Source: a virus | DNA length: 64,000 nt | IMG/VR virus record: IMGVR_UViG_3300034092_002634 | Span: 1 to 64,000 of that record | Strand: one strand, 5' to 3' | In this document: one piece after another, positions 40,394-50,663 of the stretch | Numbering within the stretch: position 1 is the stretch's first letter | How the letters are laid out: the number at the start of each line of letters is the position of its first letter | Notes under the pieces: generated by a model | Told to the model about the DNA's origin: nothing | Seen by the model: the letters and a program-made list of their open reading frames with translations, nothing else | The model's database searches: none | Made by a program: the position numbers and the translations under genes

Positions 40394-42533
40394 CAAATCG
40401 TTCCTAAACAAATTTGAAGACAATCCACAATGGCCGAGCTTGCTCGGTCAATTTGTCTACCTGCGTACTTATAGCCGCTACCTGCCAAACAAAAAACGCA
40501 GAGAAACTTGGAAAGAGACTGTTACTCGTGTTGTCGAGTACAGCATGGGCTTGGATACTATAACTGATCGAGTAAAGCAGGAAGCAGAAGCGCGCAAACT
40601 TTTTGAATCAATGTACAATCTTTCAGTATTCCCGGCCGGCCGCACTTTGTGGACTGGCGGAACTGAAGCCGCTAAAAAATACCCGCTGTCAAATTTTAAC
40701 TGCTCGTTTATGATTGTAGACGACGTGCAAGCTTTTCTTGACGCGTTTTACTTAATGATGCTGGGAACAGGCGTAGGTTTTCGTGTACTTCCTCAAGATG
40801 TAGTTCAGTTTCCGCCAATTATTACTGGTGTGGCTATTGAGCATAAAGAATACACCGCTAAACGCAAAGCAGATCGTGAAGAGAACTCACGCTACGCCAT
40901 TGACAGCGACGTAATGTATCTTTCGGTAGGTGACAGCAAGGAAGGCTGGGTGTGGGGCTTAGAAGCCTTGTTTGAAGCTTTCTTTAAGGGTTACAAAAAG
41001 ATTGTTGTCGATTACGACAGCGTTCGTCCTGCTGGCGAGCAACTTAAGACTTTTGGCGGTCGCGCTAGCGGTCATGTAGCATTGCGGGATATGTATGAGA
41101 AGATTGTCAAAGTGCTTAACGAGGGCACTGACCGCCTTTCGACGCTGCAGGCTATGGATGTAATGAATTTAATTGGCGAGGCAGTTGTTGTCGGCGGTGT
41201 TCGACGGTCTTCCGAAATTACGCTGTTTGACATTAATGATACTGCTGTTCTCGATGCAAAAGTCGACCTCTGGTCCGATCCCGCCAAAGAAGACAAGCGG
41301 TTTCGCTCAATGAGTAACAATTCTGTTTACTTCACTGAGAAACCAACCAAAGAGCAGCTTACACAGCTTTTCAGCCGCATCTTGAACAATGGTGAGCCGG
41401 GTTTCATTAATGCCGAAGCTGCTTCAAAACGCCGTCCTTGGTACGCTGGTACAAATCCTTGCGCTGAAATTCTTTTGGCCGACAACGGTGTTTGTAATTT
41501 AAGCGAGATCAACGTTCGCAACTTCGTCAAGAATGACGAGTACGGCGGGTATCTTGATATGATTGAGCTCGAAGGAGCAGTCGTTCAAGCTACGCGCCTT
41601 GGAGTCCGCATGGCTACACTTGAGCTTGAGCTGCCTCACTGGAATAAAGTGCAGCAACGAGATCGATTAACAGGAGTTAGTTTAACCGGTTATGTTGAGG
41701 CGTTTGACGCCCTTGGTGTCTCAACTACTGAAGAAGACTTGAACGCTATTCGCGTTATCGACCGAGATGGTGGAGGCCGTCCACGTTTGCGGTTTTACAC
41801 ATTGCGCGATGTCTTGGCAATTATCGGTTCAGTTGCTCAAGAAACAGCTTTAGGATACTCTGCCGAACTTCGTATCCCAGCCCCACTTCTGGTAACCACT
41901 GTAAAGCCGTCTGGTACAATTGCACAGCTTCCTACGGTATCGAGCGGTGCACACGCCTCCTACGCCCCCCTGTACGTCCGACGCGTGCGTATCTCGTCGA
42001 AAGACCCGCTGGCTCAGGCTATGCGCGAGTCAGGGTATCCGATCTTCCCAGAAGCCACCTCATGCATGCCTGAAGTTTTTGCATCTATGAGCGACGCAGA
42101 CAAAGAAGAGACACTCAAGAATGCGCTGACTTGGGTTGTCGAATTCCCAATTAAAACGTCAGCAAAGAAGGCGTCTGCGGAGGAAAGTGCTGTCGAGCAA
42201 CTTAACCGATACTTTATTTTGCAAAAATACTGGACGGACCACAACACGTCGATTACGGTGACGTTCAGCCCTGAAGAGGTTGACGACATTATTGAGTTGC
42301 TGCTCCGCAAGTGGGAGAATTATATTGGCGTTTCATTCCTTCCGAAGTTTACAACTGCTTACCCACTTATGCCTTATCAAGCGATTGACGAGGAAGAGTA
42401 TCAGCGGCGGCTTGCAGAAGTCTCGGGCGTGACAGGGAAATCTATTATTGAACTTCTCGAAAAACACGAGAACGTAGAGGTAGACGACGATCTAGGTACC
42501 GACTGTGAAGGCGGCGCATGCCCCATACGCTGA
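40380..42533 (+). CDS. nrdJ: Class II (adenosylcobalamin-dependent) ribonucleotide reductase
   Basis: PAGR, NCSF, GTGVGF, TFGGRASG, GGVRRSSEI, TNPCAEI, CNLSEIN, TTVKPSGT and C-terminal CEGGACPIR. Confidence 0.95.
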   Translation: MMLLSKSFLNKFEDNPQWPSLLGQFVYLRTYSRYLPNKKRRETWKETVTRVVEYSMGLDTITDRVKQEAEARKLFESMYNLSVFPAGRTLWTGGTEAAKKYPLSNFNCSFMIVDDVQAFLDAFYLMMLGTGVGFRVLPQDVVQFPPIITGVAIEHKEYTAKRKADREENSRYAIDSDVMYLSVGDSKEGWVWGLEALFEAFFKGYKKIVVDYDSVRPAGEQLKTFGGRASGHVALRDMYEKIVKVLNEGTDRLSTLQAMDVMNLIGEAVVVGGVRRSSEITLFDINDTAVLDAKVDLWSDPAKEDKRFRSMSNNSVYFTEKPTKEQLTQLFSRILNNGEPGFINAEAASKRRPWYAGTNPCAEILLADNGVCNLSEINVRNFVKNDEYGGYLDMIELEGAVVQATRLGVRMATLELELPHWNKVQQRDRLTGVSLTGYVEAFDALGVSTTEEDLNAIRVIDRDGGGRPRLRFYTLRDVLAIIGSVAQETALGYSAELRIPAPLLVTTVKPSGTIAQLPTVSSGAHASYAPLYVRRVRISSKDPLAQAMRESGYPIFPEATSCMPEVFASMSDADKEETLKNALTWVVEFPIKTSAKKASAEESAVEQLNRYFILQKYWTDHNTSITVTFSPEEVDDIIELLLRKWENYIGVSFLPKFTTAYPLMPYQAIDEEEYQRRLAEVSGVTGKSIIELLEKHENVEVDDDLGTDCEGGACPIR

Positions 42534-42604
42534 CAAATTATTAGATACATTGATGAGAGATAGTCTGCACTTTAGCGGACTATCTCTCGCAAATTGGAGG
42601 AAGA

Positions 42605-43255
42605 ATGGCAAGAAATCGAAGGTTTGATGAGATTTTGAAGGATTATTCCGACAAGTATGACCTTGCTACGCTTTCATCTCCAAATGACAAAGCTAATTTG
42701 GAGATGCTTATTAACAATCAAATTATTGTTGAAAGCGTTCAGGCCAAACTTCAAGAACTTACGCAGGATGATCCTGTTGACAACATCGATATGATTCAGC
42801 GACTCAGCTCTTCCCTTAAGGACATTATTGAGCGTAATCTTCAATTAGAACGCGCACTAGCTCTGGACCGCAAAACAAGAAACCAGAACTCTTCAGAATC
42901 AGTCGCTGAATACATTGTCCATCTTAAGCAAACAGCACAGGAGTTTTTAGAGAAACGTCTTGTTCGTATGTATTGCCCTAACTGTAAGATCTTGCTGGCT
43001 CGTTTTTCAATTATGCACGATCACAGCGCGTTTGCTCTAAAAGTAAACTGCAATCAGTGTAACAAGTCGGTAAGTGCAGAACGTGAGGAAAAAGACATCT
43101 TTTTTGACATTAAAGATTCGGGCTGGAGAAAGAAACATAAGTACTCAGTTAAAAGTGCTAAATCTTCTGGATCGAGCAGCTCGGACATAGAAGATGACAT
43201 TGTTCTTGAAGACGAGGACCAGGAGGAAAATTTAAATGCTGAAAGCGAAGATTGA
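42605..43255 (+). CDS. Putative terminase small subunit with Zn ribbon
   Basis: Directly upstream of and overlapping the large terminase; helical core, CPNC...CNQC, acidic tail. Confidence 0.5.
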   Translation: MARNRRFDEILKDYSDKYDLATLSSPNDKANLEMLINNQIIVESVQAKLQELTQDDPVDNIDMIQRLSSSLKDIIERNLQLERALALDRKTRNQNSSESVAEYIVHLKQTAQEFLEKRLVRMYCPNCKILLARFSIMHDHSAFALKVNCNQCNKSVSAEREEKDIFFDIKDSGWRKKHKYSVKSAKSSGSSSSDIEDDIVLEDEDQEENLNAESED

Positions 43256-45830
43256 CGACGCAGAGTTGGCGTTAATTGAGGTTTTGGAGGATCCTGTGTG
43301 GTTGAACGAATTCCTTCGCTCTACAAATAACGGCGATATGAACCGTTCAAACTGGCCTTCCGAGGAATTCACTTTTCGCCCTTATCAAAAAGAAATCTTG
43401 ACCGACCAGACACGACACGTAGTAATCACTGGTGGCCGAGCAATCGGAAAATGCCAACCAGCCTCCGCTAAGGTTTTTACAAACGAGGGGTATAAAACAA
43501 TTACGGATCTTCTTAAGAAGCCATCTTTTGTTACCTATGGTTATTCCGTGAACGGTGATTTTACACAACGGCGTGCTTTTGTGCGTAAAGACAGGTGGAA
43601 GAAGTGCTACTCAATTACTACTAAATCAGGACATATGCTTAAGGCAACGGACGTTCATCCTGTAATGACTCCAAAAGGATTTATCTTAATGGCGGATCTT
43701 CAAGTCGGTGATTTAGTTGCGGTTATGAATAAATTGCCAACTGATCACTGCGTCAGTAACACACTGAGTTGGGCGGAACTTCGCATACTTGGTTATTTAG
43801 CAGCAGGTAGTATTTACTTCAAGCCCGCAGGAGGCATTGTCCCTCGTTACAAGAGAATAGATGCCGAGATTAAAGAGATAGCAAACTCACTGTACCTCAA
43901 CTATCGTAAAGACAGCGAAGGTCGCGTTTATATAGAGCGCATGAAGGCTGGCGGAGTCCGTCACTATCTGAATCAGCTCAAGATTGAACTTGGGGCTTAC
44001 GGCAAAGACTATAGACGAGTTTTTAAACTTGACTGGCTAAAGACGCAGCGCACTGAAAACATAAAAACGTTTCTCGAGGCTGCTTACGCTCAGCACGGTG
44101 AGCTGACTCTCGATCGCGTGGCTATTAAACTGCACAACTGGAAATACGTGCAGGACTGGCAAGAACTTCTGCTTTACTTCGGCGTAAAAACGCGATCGTA
44201 CAAGGTTGCTGATCACGCAGACGAGCATCACATATTTGACATAGACGACTCACAATGGATTGTTGAATCGTACGACAAAAACGCCGCTCACGTTTTTTGG
44301 AACCAGTTCAAAGTTCCCGGAGTTTCGGCATCCATAAAGGATCCCGCTTTGGTATCGAGTGACTGGTACTGTTGGGAGCCCATTAGTAGTAAGCAGCGCC
44401 ACGGAATGCAGCTGACATACTCTGTTCATGTTTACCACGACGAAACATACATCAGTGAGAATGTTGTTGTGCACAATTCTGTAATTTTAGAAGATCTAAT
44501 AACTTATCAGGTTCTAAACTCTGCAATCGAGTTTCCAAAAACTCCAGAACAGCTTATGGTTACGCCTAACAGCAACCAATTGAATCCTATTCTAGACAAA
44601 GTTATTTTAAAGTTTACAATTTCCCCGCTGCTTAAGGACTTTTTGAACAATAACGTAAACCGATCTAAAGGTACGTTAGACTTTCAAATGGGTACTCGAA
44701 GACATCGGTTAAATGCGCGTATTGCAGGCAGTCGCGGTGAAAATAACTTGGTTGGTCTTCACATTCCCAAAATTATGGGAGACGAGTTTCAGCTGTTTCC
44801 CATGCCTGCATTTGATCAAATGCAGCCAACGCTAAATACCTGGGAACCGAAAGTGGAAGAACGATACTTCGGTGTTCCTAACGGAATGAGAAATACGGCT
44901 TTGTATGTCTTAGACGTAAAAACACCAAAGTTTAAGAAGTACCGTATTCCCGCACCAAATAACCCTTACTTTACAAAAGAGGACTGGGACGATGCTTTGT
45001 CTAAATACGGTGGTGAATCTGCAGATATCTTTCAGCAGTTAATTCTGGGTAAGCACGGATCTCCCTCGTTCCAGGTTATTTCTCGTGATCAAATGAAAAT
45101 ACTGCCGTTTGATTTCTACACGTATCGATACAGTTCCAACGAAAAAGATAAAGGTAGAACATATCAAGAGGCTTTGCCAGTCGTCAAGATACCCAAGTGC
45201 GACAGCGTTATTTTCGCAATAGACACCGGCTTTAGCGATCCGACAATTATACAAGTAATTGGATTGATTGATAATGTTTGGCATTCGCTGGTTCGTTACA
45301 GAATACAGCGTATTGACTATCCGGAACAAGAAAAAATTATAGACTACCTCGCGCGCGGGTACAACGCAAGCAGAATCGCCATCGACGTAGGAGCTGGCGG
45401 CGGAGGGGCAGGAATTGTACAGAGTCTTAAAACTCGTCCCGAATTCGCCTCAAGTAATTACGCAGCCAGAATAGAAGCAATTCAGTTCAACGAAAAGGTG
45501 GGCGTAGGCTCTATCTCCGACGAACAGGAAATAACTGAGTCGTTTAAAGCTTGGGCAACCACTGAGTTAATTCGTCAAATTACCAACGGGAATCTTGTAT
45601 TTTCCGAGGTAGACGCTGAGGGTATTTCACAGTTAGAGCGCGTAGCTCGACAACGCAGAGCTTCAGGACACATGCACTACTACGTCGTATCCCCACGCGG
45701 ACACGGTGAGAGTAATGATGACCACATCTACGCAAGCTATCTTTGTTTTATTGGCGCACTTCGTCTTCCGGTGGTTGCTCCTAAAAGCAACACATTGGCA
45801 CGATCAGCAGCCTATCACACAGTGAGGTGA
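43236..45830 (+). CDS. terL: Terminase large subunit, intein-containing
   Basis: FRPYQ (adenine-binding motif), Walker A GGRAIGK|S split by an intein, Walker B IMGDE, nuclease FAIDTGFSDPT...NDDH. Confidence 0.9.
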   Translation: MLKAKIDDAELALIEVLEDPVWLNEFLRSTNNGDMNRSNWPSEEFTFRPYQKEILTDQTRHVVITGGRAIGKCQPASAKVFTNEGYKTITDLLKKPSFVTYGYSVNGDFTQRRAFVRKDRWKKCYSITTKSGHMLKATDVHPVMTPKGFILMADLQVGDLVAVMNKLPTDHCVSNTLSWAELRILGYLAAGSIYFKPAGGIVPRYKRIDAEIKEIANSLYLNYRKDSEGRVYIERMKAGGVRHYLNQLKIELGAYGKDYRRVFKLDWLKTQRTENIKTFLEAAYAQHGELTLDRVAIKLHNWKYVQDWQELLLYFGVKTRSYKVADHADEHHIFDIDDSQWIVESYDKNAAHVFWNQFKVPGVSASIKDPALVSSDWYCWEPISSKQRHGMQLTYSVHVYHDETYISENVVVHNSVILEDLITYQVLNSAIEFPKTPEQLMVTPNSNQLNPILDKVILKFTISPLLKDFLNNNVNRSKGTLDFQMGTRRHRLNARIAGSRGENNLVGLHIPKIMGDEFQLFPMPAFDQMQPTLNTWEPKVEERYFGVPNGMRNTALYVLDVKTPKFKKYRIPAPNNPYFTKEDWDDALSKYGGESADIFQQLILGKHGSPSFQVISRDQMKILPFDFYTYRYSSNEKDKGRTYQEALPVVKIPKCDSVIFAIDTGFSDPTIIQVIGLIDNVWHSLVRYRIQRIDYPEQEKIIDYLARGYNASRIAIDVGAGGGGAGIVQSLKTRPEFASSNYAARIEAIQFNEKVGVGSISDEQEITESFKAWATTELIRQITNGNLVFSEVDAEGISQLERVARQRRASGHMHYYVVSPRGHGESNDDHIYASYLCFIGALRLPVVAPKSNTLARSAAYHTVR
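43452..44477 (+). mobile_element. Intein (342 aa) with degenerate LAGLIDADG endonuclease
   Basis: Starts CQPASAKV; block B KATDVHPV; ends ENVVVHN followed by +1 Ser; inserted in the P-loop. Confidence 0.92.
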
Positions 45831-47263
45831 TTATGAATAAATCCTTTTCAAGTAAAGCCGTGGCGGGTTTTTCGCCAAATCCAATTTTTACTTACAATTT
45901 AAATGTAGTAGGTTACTACGATCCACTTAATCAACCGTTCGATAATACGAAGCGGTATACGTATCACGAAATGATTGTTTTTTGTCGGTACTTTTATGAG
46001 CGAGACACAATCGCACGTACGGTTATTAACCGACTAGTCAATCTAGGCGTCACTAAACTTCGAAATAAGAAAACAAGTGATGACGTTAACGCCCTATTTT
46101 TTGATGCAGTAGCCGAAAAAATACAACCTTTTCTGAAGCTAATGGCGACTGAGTATTTTGTACACGGTTTAGTTGTCCCAGGGATTACTTACAAAACAAT
46201 TATGATGAATAAACTTAATCCAGCACTCGGTCGAAAAAGAGTAGAAGTACCGGACGAGATGTGGGTGCGGAACGTAGCAAATATTAAACTGCGTAAGCGG
46301 CCAACCGGTATGCAACGTGGGATTTACTTACAAATACCTGAAGAGGAAGCTACCTTTATCCAGCATAAGGGAAAGCGCTTAGACGGTACAGACGACACGG
46401 AAGCATACAAAGAGTTACTTCGACAATCACCTGAATATGTACGCGCTGTGCAGAACGGCCAGCGTATATTCCCGCTTACCGATAGTAGAGCTATTTACGG
46501 AGATTTGACTTCGTACACAGACTATCCAGTACCTTATCTTCAAAATGCGCTTTCGGCCATGCAGCACAAAGAATACTTGAAAATAATGGACCGCACGATT
46601 GTCTCCAGATCTATTGAGCTTCTGCGGCAGGTTAAGATAGGCAGCGACGAGTATCCGGCTACCGACGATGACATCGAGGCCACTCAAAAGGCAATCGCGC
46701 AGGCATCGGCATCGGGAGATCGAGTTTTTAATTTATTTACCAATCACACGGTAGATATCCAATGGGTGCTACCGCCACTTGACGCGTTGCTTAATGAATC
46801 TAAGTATGCGGAACCAAACGCAGACATTTTTCTCGCTATGGGTTTTCCCCGTATTCTTACAGTCGGCGAATCTCTGCGTAGTAACTCTTCAGATAGCCGA
46901 ATAGCTACCTTAGGTCCGATGTCAACACTTACGGAAGTTCGCGAACGCATTCTGAGTTGGATTGAGTGGTTCTACGAAGATCTTGCCGAAAGAAATAACA
47001 TGGCAACCTGGCCCAAACCTTACTTCAGTCCAATTCAATTTCAGGACATGACCGCTCTAACCCAATTTGCTATTCAAGCTCAGCAGATTGGCGCTATTAG
47101 CAAGGATACAATCTCCCAACTTTACGGGACGACTTACGAGGAAGAGCAGCAAAAAATAAGTTTTGAGGTACAAGCTGATGACACAAATCAACAAGAACCC
47201 GGAACACCAGAAGAACCTGGTAATGTCCCCGGGACAAGGGTACAGCCTCCGGAAGAGCAATGA
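45827..47263 (+). CDS. Portal protein
   Basis: 478 aa directly after terL; 'CRYFYERD.IARTVIN...YPVPYL...IFLAMGFPRIL'. Confidence 0.8.
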   Translation: MIMNKSFSSKAVAGFSPNPIFTYNLNVVGYYDPLNQPFDNTKRYTYHEMIVFCRYFYERDTIARTVINRLVNLGVTKLRNKKTSDDVNALFFDAVAEKIQPFLKLMATEYFVHGLVVPGITYKTIMMNKLNPALGRKRVEVPDEMWVRNVANIKLRKRPTGMQRGIYLQIPEEEATFIQHKGKRLDGTDDTEAYKELLRQSPEYVRAVQNGQRIFPLTDSRAIYGDLTSYTDYPVPYLQNALSAMQHKEYLKIMDRTIVSRSIELLRQVKIGSDEYPATDDDIEATQKAIAQASASGDRVFNLFTNHTVDIQWVLPPLDALLNESKYAEPNADIFLAMGFPRILTVGESLRSNSSDSRIATLGPMSTLTEVRERILSWIEWFYEDLAERNNMATWPKPYFSPIQFQDMTALTQFAIQAQQIGAISKDTISQLYGTTYEEEQQKISFEVQADDTNQQEPGTPEEPGNVPGTRVQPPEEQ

Positions 47264-47891
47264 TCCCTACAAATCGTTTGTTGTGCACACCACGAACGGT
47301 GCACCGAATTCACGCAGCCTGGCTGAGCTTTCCTTTCTTGTCAAATCCCCTAACGTGTCTGCTCATTACTTAGTTGGAAAAGACGGCACCATTTATCAAA
47401 TACTGGCGCCAGAAAACTATGTAGCATGGCATGCAGGTGAGGTTAGTAAGGACGCATACAGTAATTTTAGTTCAATAGGTGTGGAAGTGCATTTTACTCC
47501 TAAAGAAATTAGTTGGAACGGGTTTATGTACGCGGGGTTAACACGTTTAGCACGCGTTTATTCCAATCTCGAGATGGTGACACATCGATTTATTGCTCGC
47601 CCGGCCGGTAGAAAAATTGATCCTTCCGGATTTACAGACGCACAGTTTAAGCAGTGGTCATCTAACTTAAACAAGGAATATCGATTAGCCAAACTGACTG
47701 TTAACTGCAATGTACGAAGCCGGGCAGAATTTGGTAACAATATTATTGGAGTTTATCCGAAAGGCTCGGTTGTTGTTGTAGACAAGAATCCAACTGAAGG
47801 GGCAAGTTACAATAACAACAATTTGTGGTATAATGCTAACTGGGCTGGATACATACACGCATCTCTAATTGAATTAGGAGAAACTGTATGA
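47178..47891 (+). CDS. Endolysin: N-acetylmuramoyl-L-alanine amidase with SH3b-like domain
   Basis: VVHTT, SAHYLVGKDGTIYQ, AWHAG, SIGVE, THR, RKIDP; C-terminal NVRS...IGVYPKG; GAGGT RBS 8 nt before the ATG at 47178. Confidence 0.9.
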   Translation: MTQINKNPEHQKNLVMSPGQGYSLRKSNDPYKSFVVHTTNGAPNSRSLAELSFLVKSPNVSAHYLVGKDGTIYQILAPENYVAWHAGEVSKDAYSNFSSIGVEVHFTPKEISWNGFMYAGLTRLARVYSNLEMVTHRFIARPAGRKIDPSGFTDAQFKQWSSNLNKEYRLAKLTVNCNVRSRAEFGNNIIGVYPKGSVVVVDKNPTEGASYNNNNLWYNANWAGYIHASLIELGETV

Positions 47892-48214
47892 GCGAAGAAA
47901 GCACAATGCCTGCAATTGTTAGCGCACTTGTAACGCTGCTTCTCGCCTGGGTTGGCTTTAAGAAAAGCAGTCAGGACGCAAACACAAAGTTTCAAGAAAG
48001 CTTACTCTCTCGTATAGAGTCGCTTGAAAATGATAACGAGTCTCTTCGGAAAAAGAACGAAGAACTACTTAGCGACAATCTGCAAGAGCGCCAAAAACAA
48101 ATGGAACTTGAGCAGAAGATACAGCAGATGGAGCACGAAAAATTACGAATGCTCGATCGTATTCAAGACTTGGAGATGAAAGTTAAGAATCTTATTGACT
48201 CGCGAACGAGTTAA
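47888..48214 (+). CDS. Membrane-anchored coiled-coil lysis accessory protein
   Basis: One N-terminal TM helix and a long coiled coil, between endolysin and holin. Confidence 0.55.
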   Translation: MSEESTMPAIVSALVTLLLAWVGFKKSSQDANTKFQESLLSRIESLENDNESLRKKNEELLSDNLQERQKQMELEQKIQQMEHEKLRMLDRIQDLEMKVKNLIDSRTS

Positions 48215-48267
48215 TTAGTTCAATTTTCACTTAAGTATATTTTATTCGGTTATAGGAGAACATCTTT

Positions 48268-48705
48268 ATGGAATCTCAATCAATGGAAAACCTGTACACA
48301 GTTCTTATCGGTATTGTCATCCCTGTGTTTGTTTCGCGGCTTAAGAAGACATCCTGGTCCAGTCAGTTTAAGTTTTTGGTGGCTTTTCTGTTTTCAATTG
48401 CAGCTTCTGCGGTTGTACCAATGGCTCAGCTTTTGGCAGTCGGTACATTTGACTTCGGTAACTTGCTTACGTCGCTCACTGTGATTTTTACAACTTCTCA
48501 GGTTGTGTATCAAGGTGTATTTAAGATGCTGCATGCCGAGGAGATTGTTAATCCGCAGGCGGCACTTCTTTCACTGATTAAGGAAGAGGTTTCAATGTAC
48601 ATTGACACCCTTGATGAGCGCGACGTTAAAAATGTGCTTAATCCGGCTACTTCGGCTTCGCTGGAGATTGACATTAAGCAAGTCGACGATTCAGAAGACG
48701 CGTAA
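48268..48705 (+). CDS. Holin
   Basis: Three predicted TM helices and an acidic C-terminus, within the lysis cassette. Confidence 0.7.
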   Translation: MESQSMENLYTVLIGIVIPVFVSRLKKTSWSSQFKFLVAFLFSIAASAVVPMAQLLAVGTFDFGNLLTSLTVIFTTSQVVYQGVFKMLHAEEIVNPQAALLSLIKEEVSMYIDTLDERDVKNVLNPATSASLEIDIKQVDDSEDA

Positions 48706-48754
48706 ACACGACAGACAACGACAAAGTGATCTGAGGCACGTTCCGCATAGCTAG

Positions 48755-48783
48755 TTGCTTTGCTTTTACCGCTGTGATATACT
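48755..48783 (+). promoter_or_regulatory. Sigma70-type promoter
   Basis: TTGCTT, 17 nt spacer, TATACT with TGn extension; AGGAGG RBS follows. Confidence 0.65.
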
Positions 48784-48801
48784 CCGTTAATAGGAGGTGA
48801 C

Positions 48802-48993
48802 ATGGACTACTCAAAAGCGTGGTTGGTGACGAAGCGAGATGGAACACAGTGTGTGATGAGGACTTTCTCCCCATCAGCGACTCTGTATAATGCGGATGGT
48901 TCTCTGGCAAAAGAAGTATCTGAGGAAGAAGCAAAAGCACCAAAAGCAAAAAAGCGAGGGCGGCCCAGGAAGGACAAGGATAATGGTGCTTAA
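48802..48993 (+). CDS. Small basic protein with AT-hook-like motif
   Basis: AGGAGG RBS; KKRGRPRK. Confidence 0.6.
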   Translation: MDYSKAWLVTKRDGTQCVMRTFSPSATLYNADGSLAKEVSEEEAKAPKAKKRGRPRKDKDNGA

Positions 48994-49414
48994 ACTACTA
49001 ACAATAATTACACTGGCCTGCAGCATGGAATGCTCAACAATTGAGGTAACCCCGCAGGCGGCCGCGATAGCCGCCTGCGAGTCAGGAAACACAAAAACTC
49101 TGGGCAGCGTGTCGTGGAGAGCTTCAAACTTTAACGACAACGGCACAGTCGACACCGGTGCGTTTCAATTCAACTCCTACTGGATGTGGAATTTGGAAAA
49201 ACCGTGGATGCTGAAAAAAGCGTTCGGTGAGCAATGGGAAGATGTGATCTGGGAATACAGGTCTGCCGGATCGGCCCCTGAGCATATTCAGTATGAAATG
49301 TTCAGATCTGTCTGGAACGACGGTAAAGGGTGGAAGCATTGGAAGGCATCGCAGAAGTGTTGGTCACAGTGGATGTACATAAATTCGGACGGTATTGCAA
49401 CATGGAGGGATTGA
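48983..49414 (+). CDS. Secreted lysozyme-like/Rpf-type transglycosylase
   Basis: Signal-like N-terminus; AIAACESG...GAFQF...APEHIQ...GWKHW. Confidence 0.7.
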   Translation: MVLKLLTIITLACSMECSTIEVTPQAAAIAACESGNTKTLGSVSWRASNFNDNGTVDTGAFQFNSYWMWNLEKPWMLKKAFGEQWEDVIWEYRSAGSAPEHIQYEMFRSVWNDGKGWKHWKASQKCWSQWMYINSDGIATWRD

Positions 49415-50185
49415 GTGAAGATACGGTACTGCATACTTACTCTTAATCAGTTTGAATGGGTAGTGGACCAACACTTACCCAGTCTGGATCCGTCACTAAT
49501 TGACGGCGTGCACATTCACATTAGTGAGGTAGGTGCACTGACGTACAACAACGCGGAGATTGCCGATCCCTTCGATGTTCCCGAGTTGATTACACAGATG
49601 AACAGGTTCTCGGAATGTAAAGTCTCTGTGTCTTTAAACAACTTGGGAGTTGCTAATGGATGGAATCATTTTATCAAAGAAGCAGCACGCGACGGTTTTG
49701 ACGCAGTTGTTGTCGCTAACGATGACATTATTCTTTATCCCGGCGTACTTGATCGATTTGTAGAGCAGATGAGAGAGCACGACTTTGTGTGCTTTTCCGG
49801 TCAGAACGCGTTTTCTTTCTACGGTATGCACACACGTCTTTTTGAAAAGGTGGGGGAGTTTGATGAGAACTTTTGGCCAGCTTATTTTGAAGACAACGAC
49901 TATCACTATCGAATGAAGTTAATGGGTTTGCCTACTGCTTACGTAGAAGATCCTTCCTACTTTCATCGTGTAAGCGCCACGCTTACGGCTTTTGATTTTC
50001 AGCGGAAGATGATGCATCATCACAACTTCCGAAAGAACACAGAGTACTTTGTAAGAAAATGGGGAGGAATGCCGCATGAAGAAACCTACACAATCCCCTT
50101 TGGTTATCAAGACGCTGATAACTCTGAAAGCGAATTTGCTCAAGCAGCCTTTGACCGATTTAAATCGTCTTCTGCTGAAGATTGA
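49415..50185 (+). CDS. Glycosyltransferase family 2
   Basis: NLGVANGWN, VVANDD, VGEFDENFWPAYFEDNDYHYR. Confidence 0.85.
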   Translation: MKIRYCILTLNQFEWVVDQHLPSLDPSLIDGVHIHISEVGALTYNNAEIADPFDVPELITQMNRFSECKVSVSLNNLGVANGWNHFIKEAARDGFDAVVVANDDIILYPGVLDRFVEQMREHDFVCFSGQNAFSFYGMHTRLFEKVGEFDENFWPAYFEDNDYHYRMKLMGLPTAYVEDPSYFHRVSATLTAFDFQRKMMHHHNFRKNTEYFVRKWGGMPHEETYTIPFGYQDADNSESEFAQAAFDRFKSSSAED

Positions 50186-50358
50186 AAGATCGCTAGGAAG
50201 TGTTGGATTCACCACAGTTTCCGATAATACGCTTATTTGGCAAATTTATGCGGATAACTATGATAAAAACCTGTGGGATACAGTTTCTTTAGGAAACGAC
50301 GTCGAAGTTTATGTACAGCAGATCGATCGAGTTTGGTAAATTAGCTAAGGAGACTACT

Positions 50359-50616
50359 ATGAGTAACGTCTACTACGAAGAAATTCCGGGAACTCCTTTT
50401 GGTGTTTTGGTACTACCTGATATTTCCGGTGGTTACCGCTGGTTTATTGCTCAGGGGGATGTAGATTTGTCAGACAATGAGTTTATTATGGAATGTCAGG
50501 AAACCTACAGCACCCCGTATGAGGCAGTTGAGGCAGCGCTTAAAGAAGCAGCTGCGGGATACGCTCGGTGGTCCGGAATCTTTGAGACTAAGCTTAAAGA
50601 ATGGGTCTCTAACTAA
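50359..50616 (+). CDS. Hypothetical protein
   Basis: AAGGAG RBS before MSNVYY. Confidence 0.6.
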   Translation: MSNVYYEEIPGTPFGVLVLPDISGGYRWFIAQGDVDLSDNEFIMECQETYSTPYEAVEAALKEAAAGYARWSGIFETKLKEWVSN

Positions 50617-50626
50617 TAGGTAAGGG

Positions 50627-50663
50627 AAGAGGGTGTAGCTGCATAAGCTACACCCTCTTTTTT
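50627..50663 (+). terminator. Intrinsic terminator between convergent genes
   Basis: 14-bp stem aagagggtgtagct/agctacaccctctt followed by a T-run. Confidence 0.85.
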
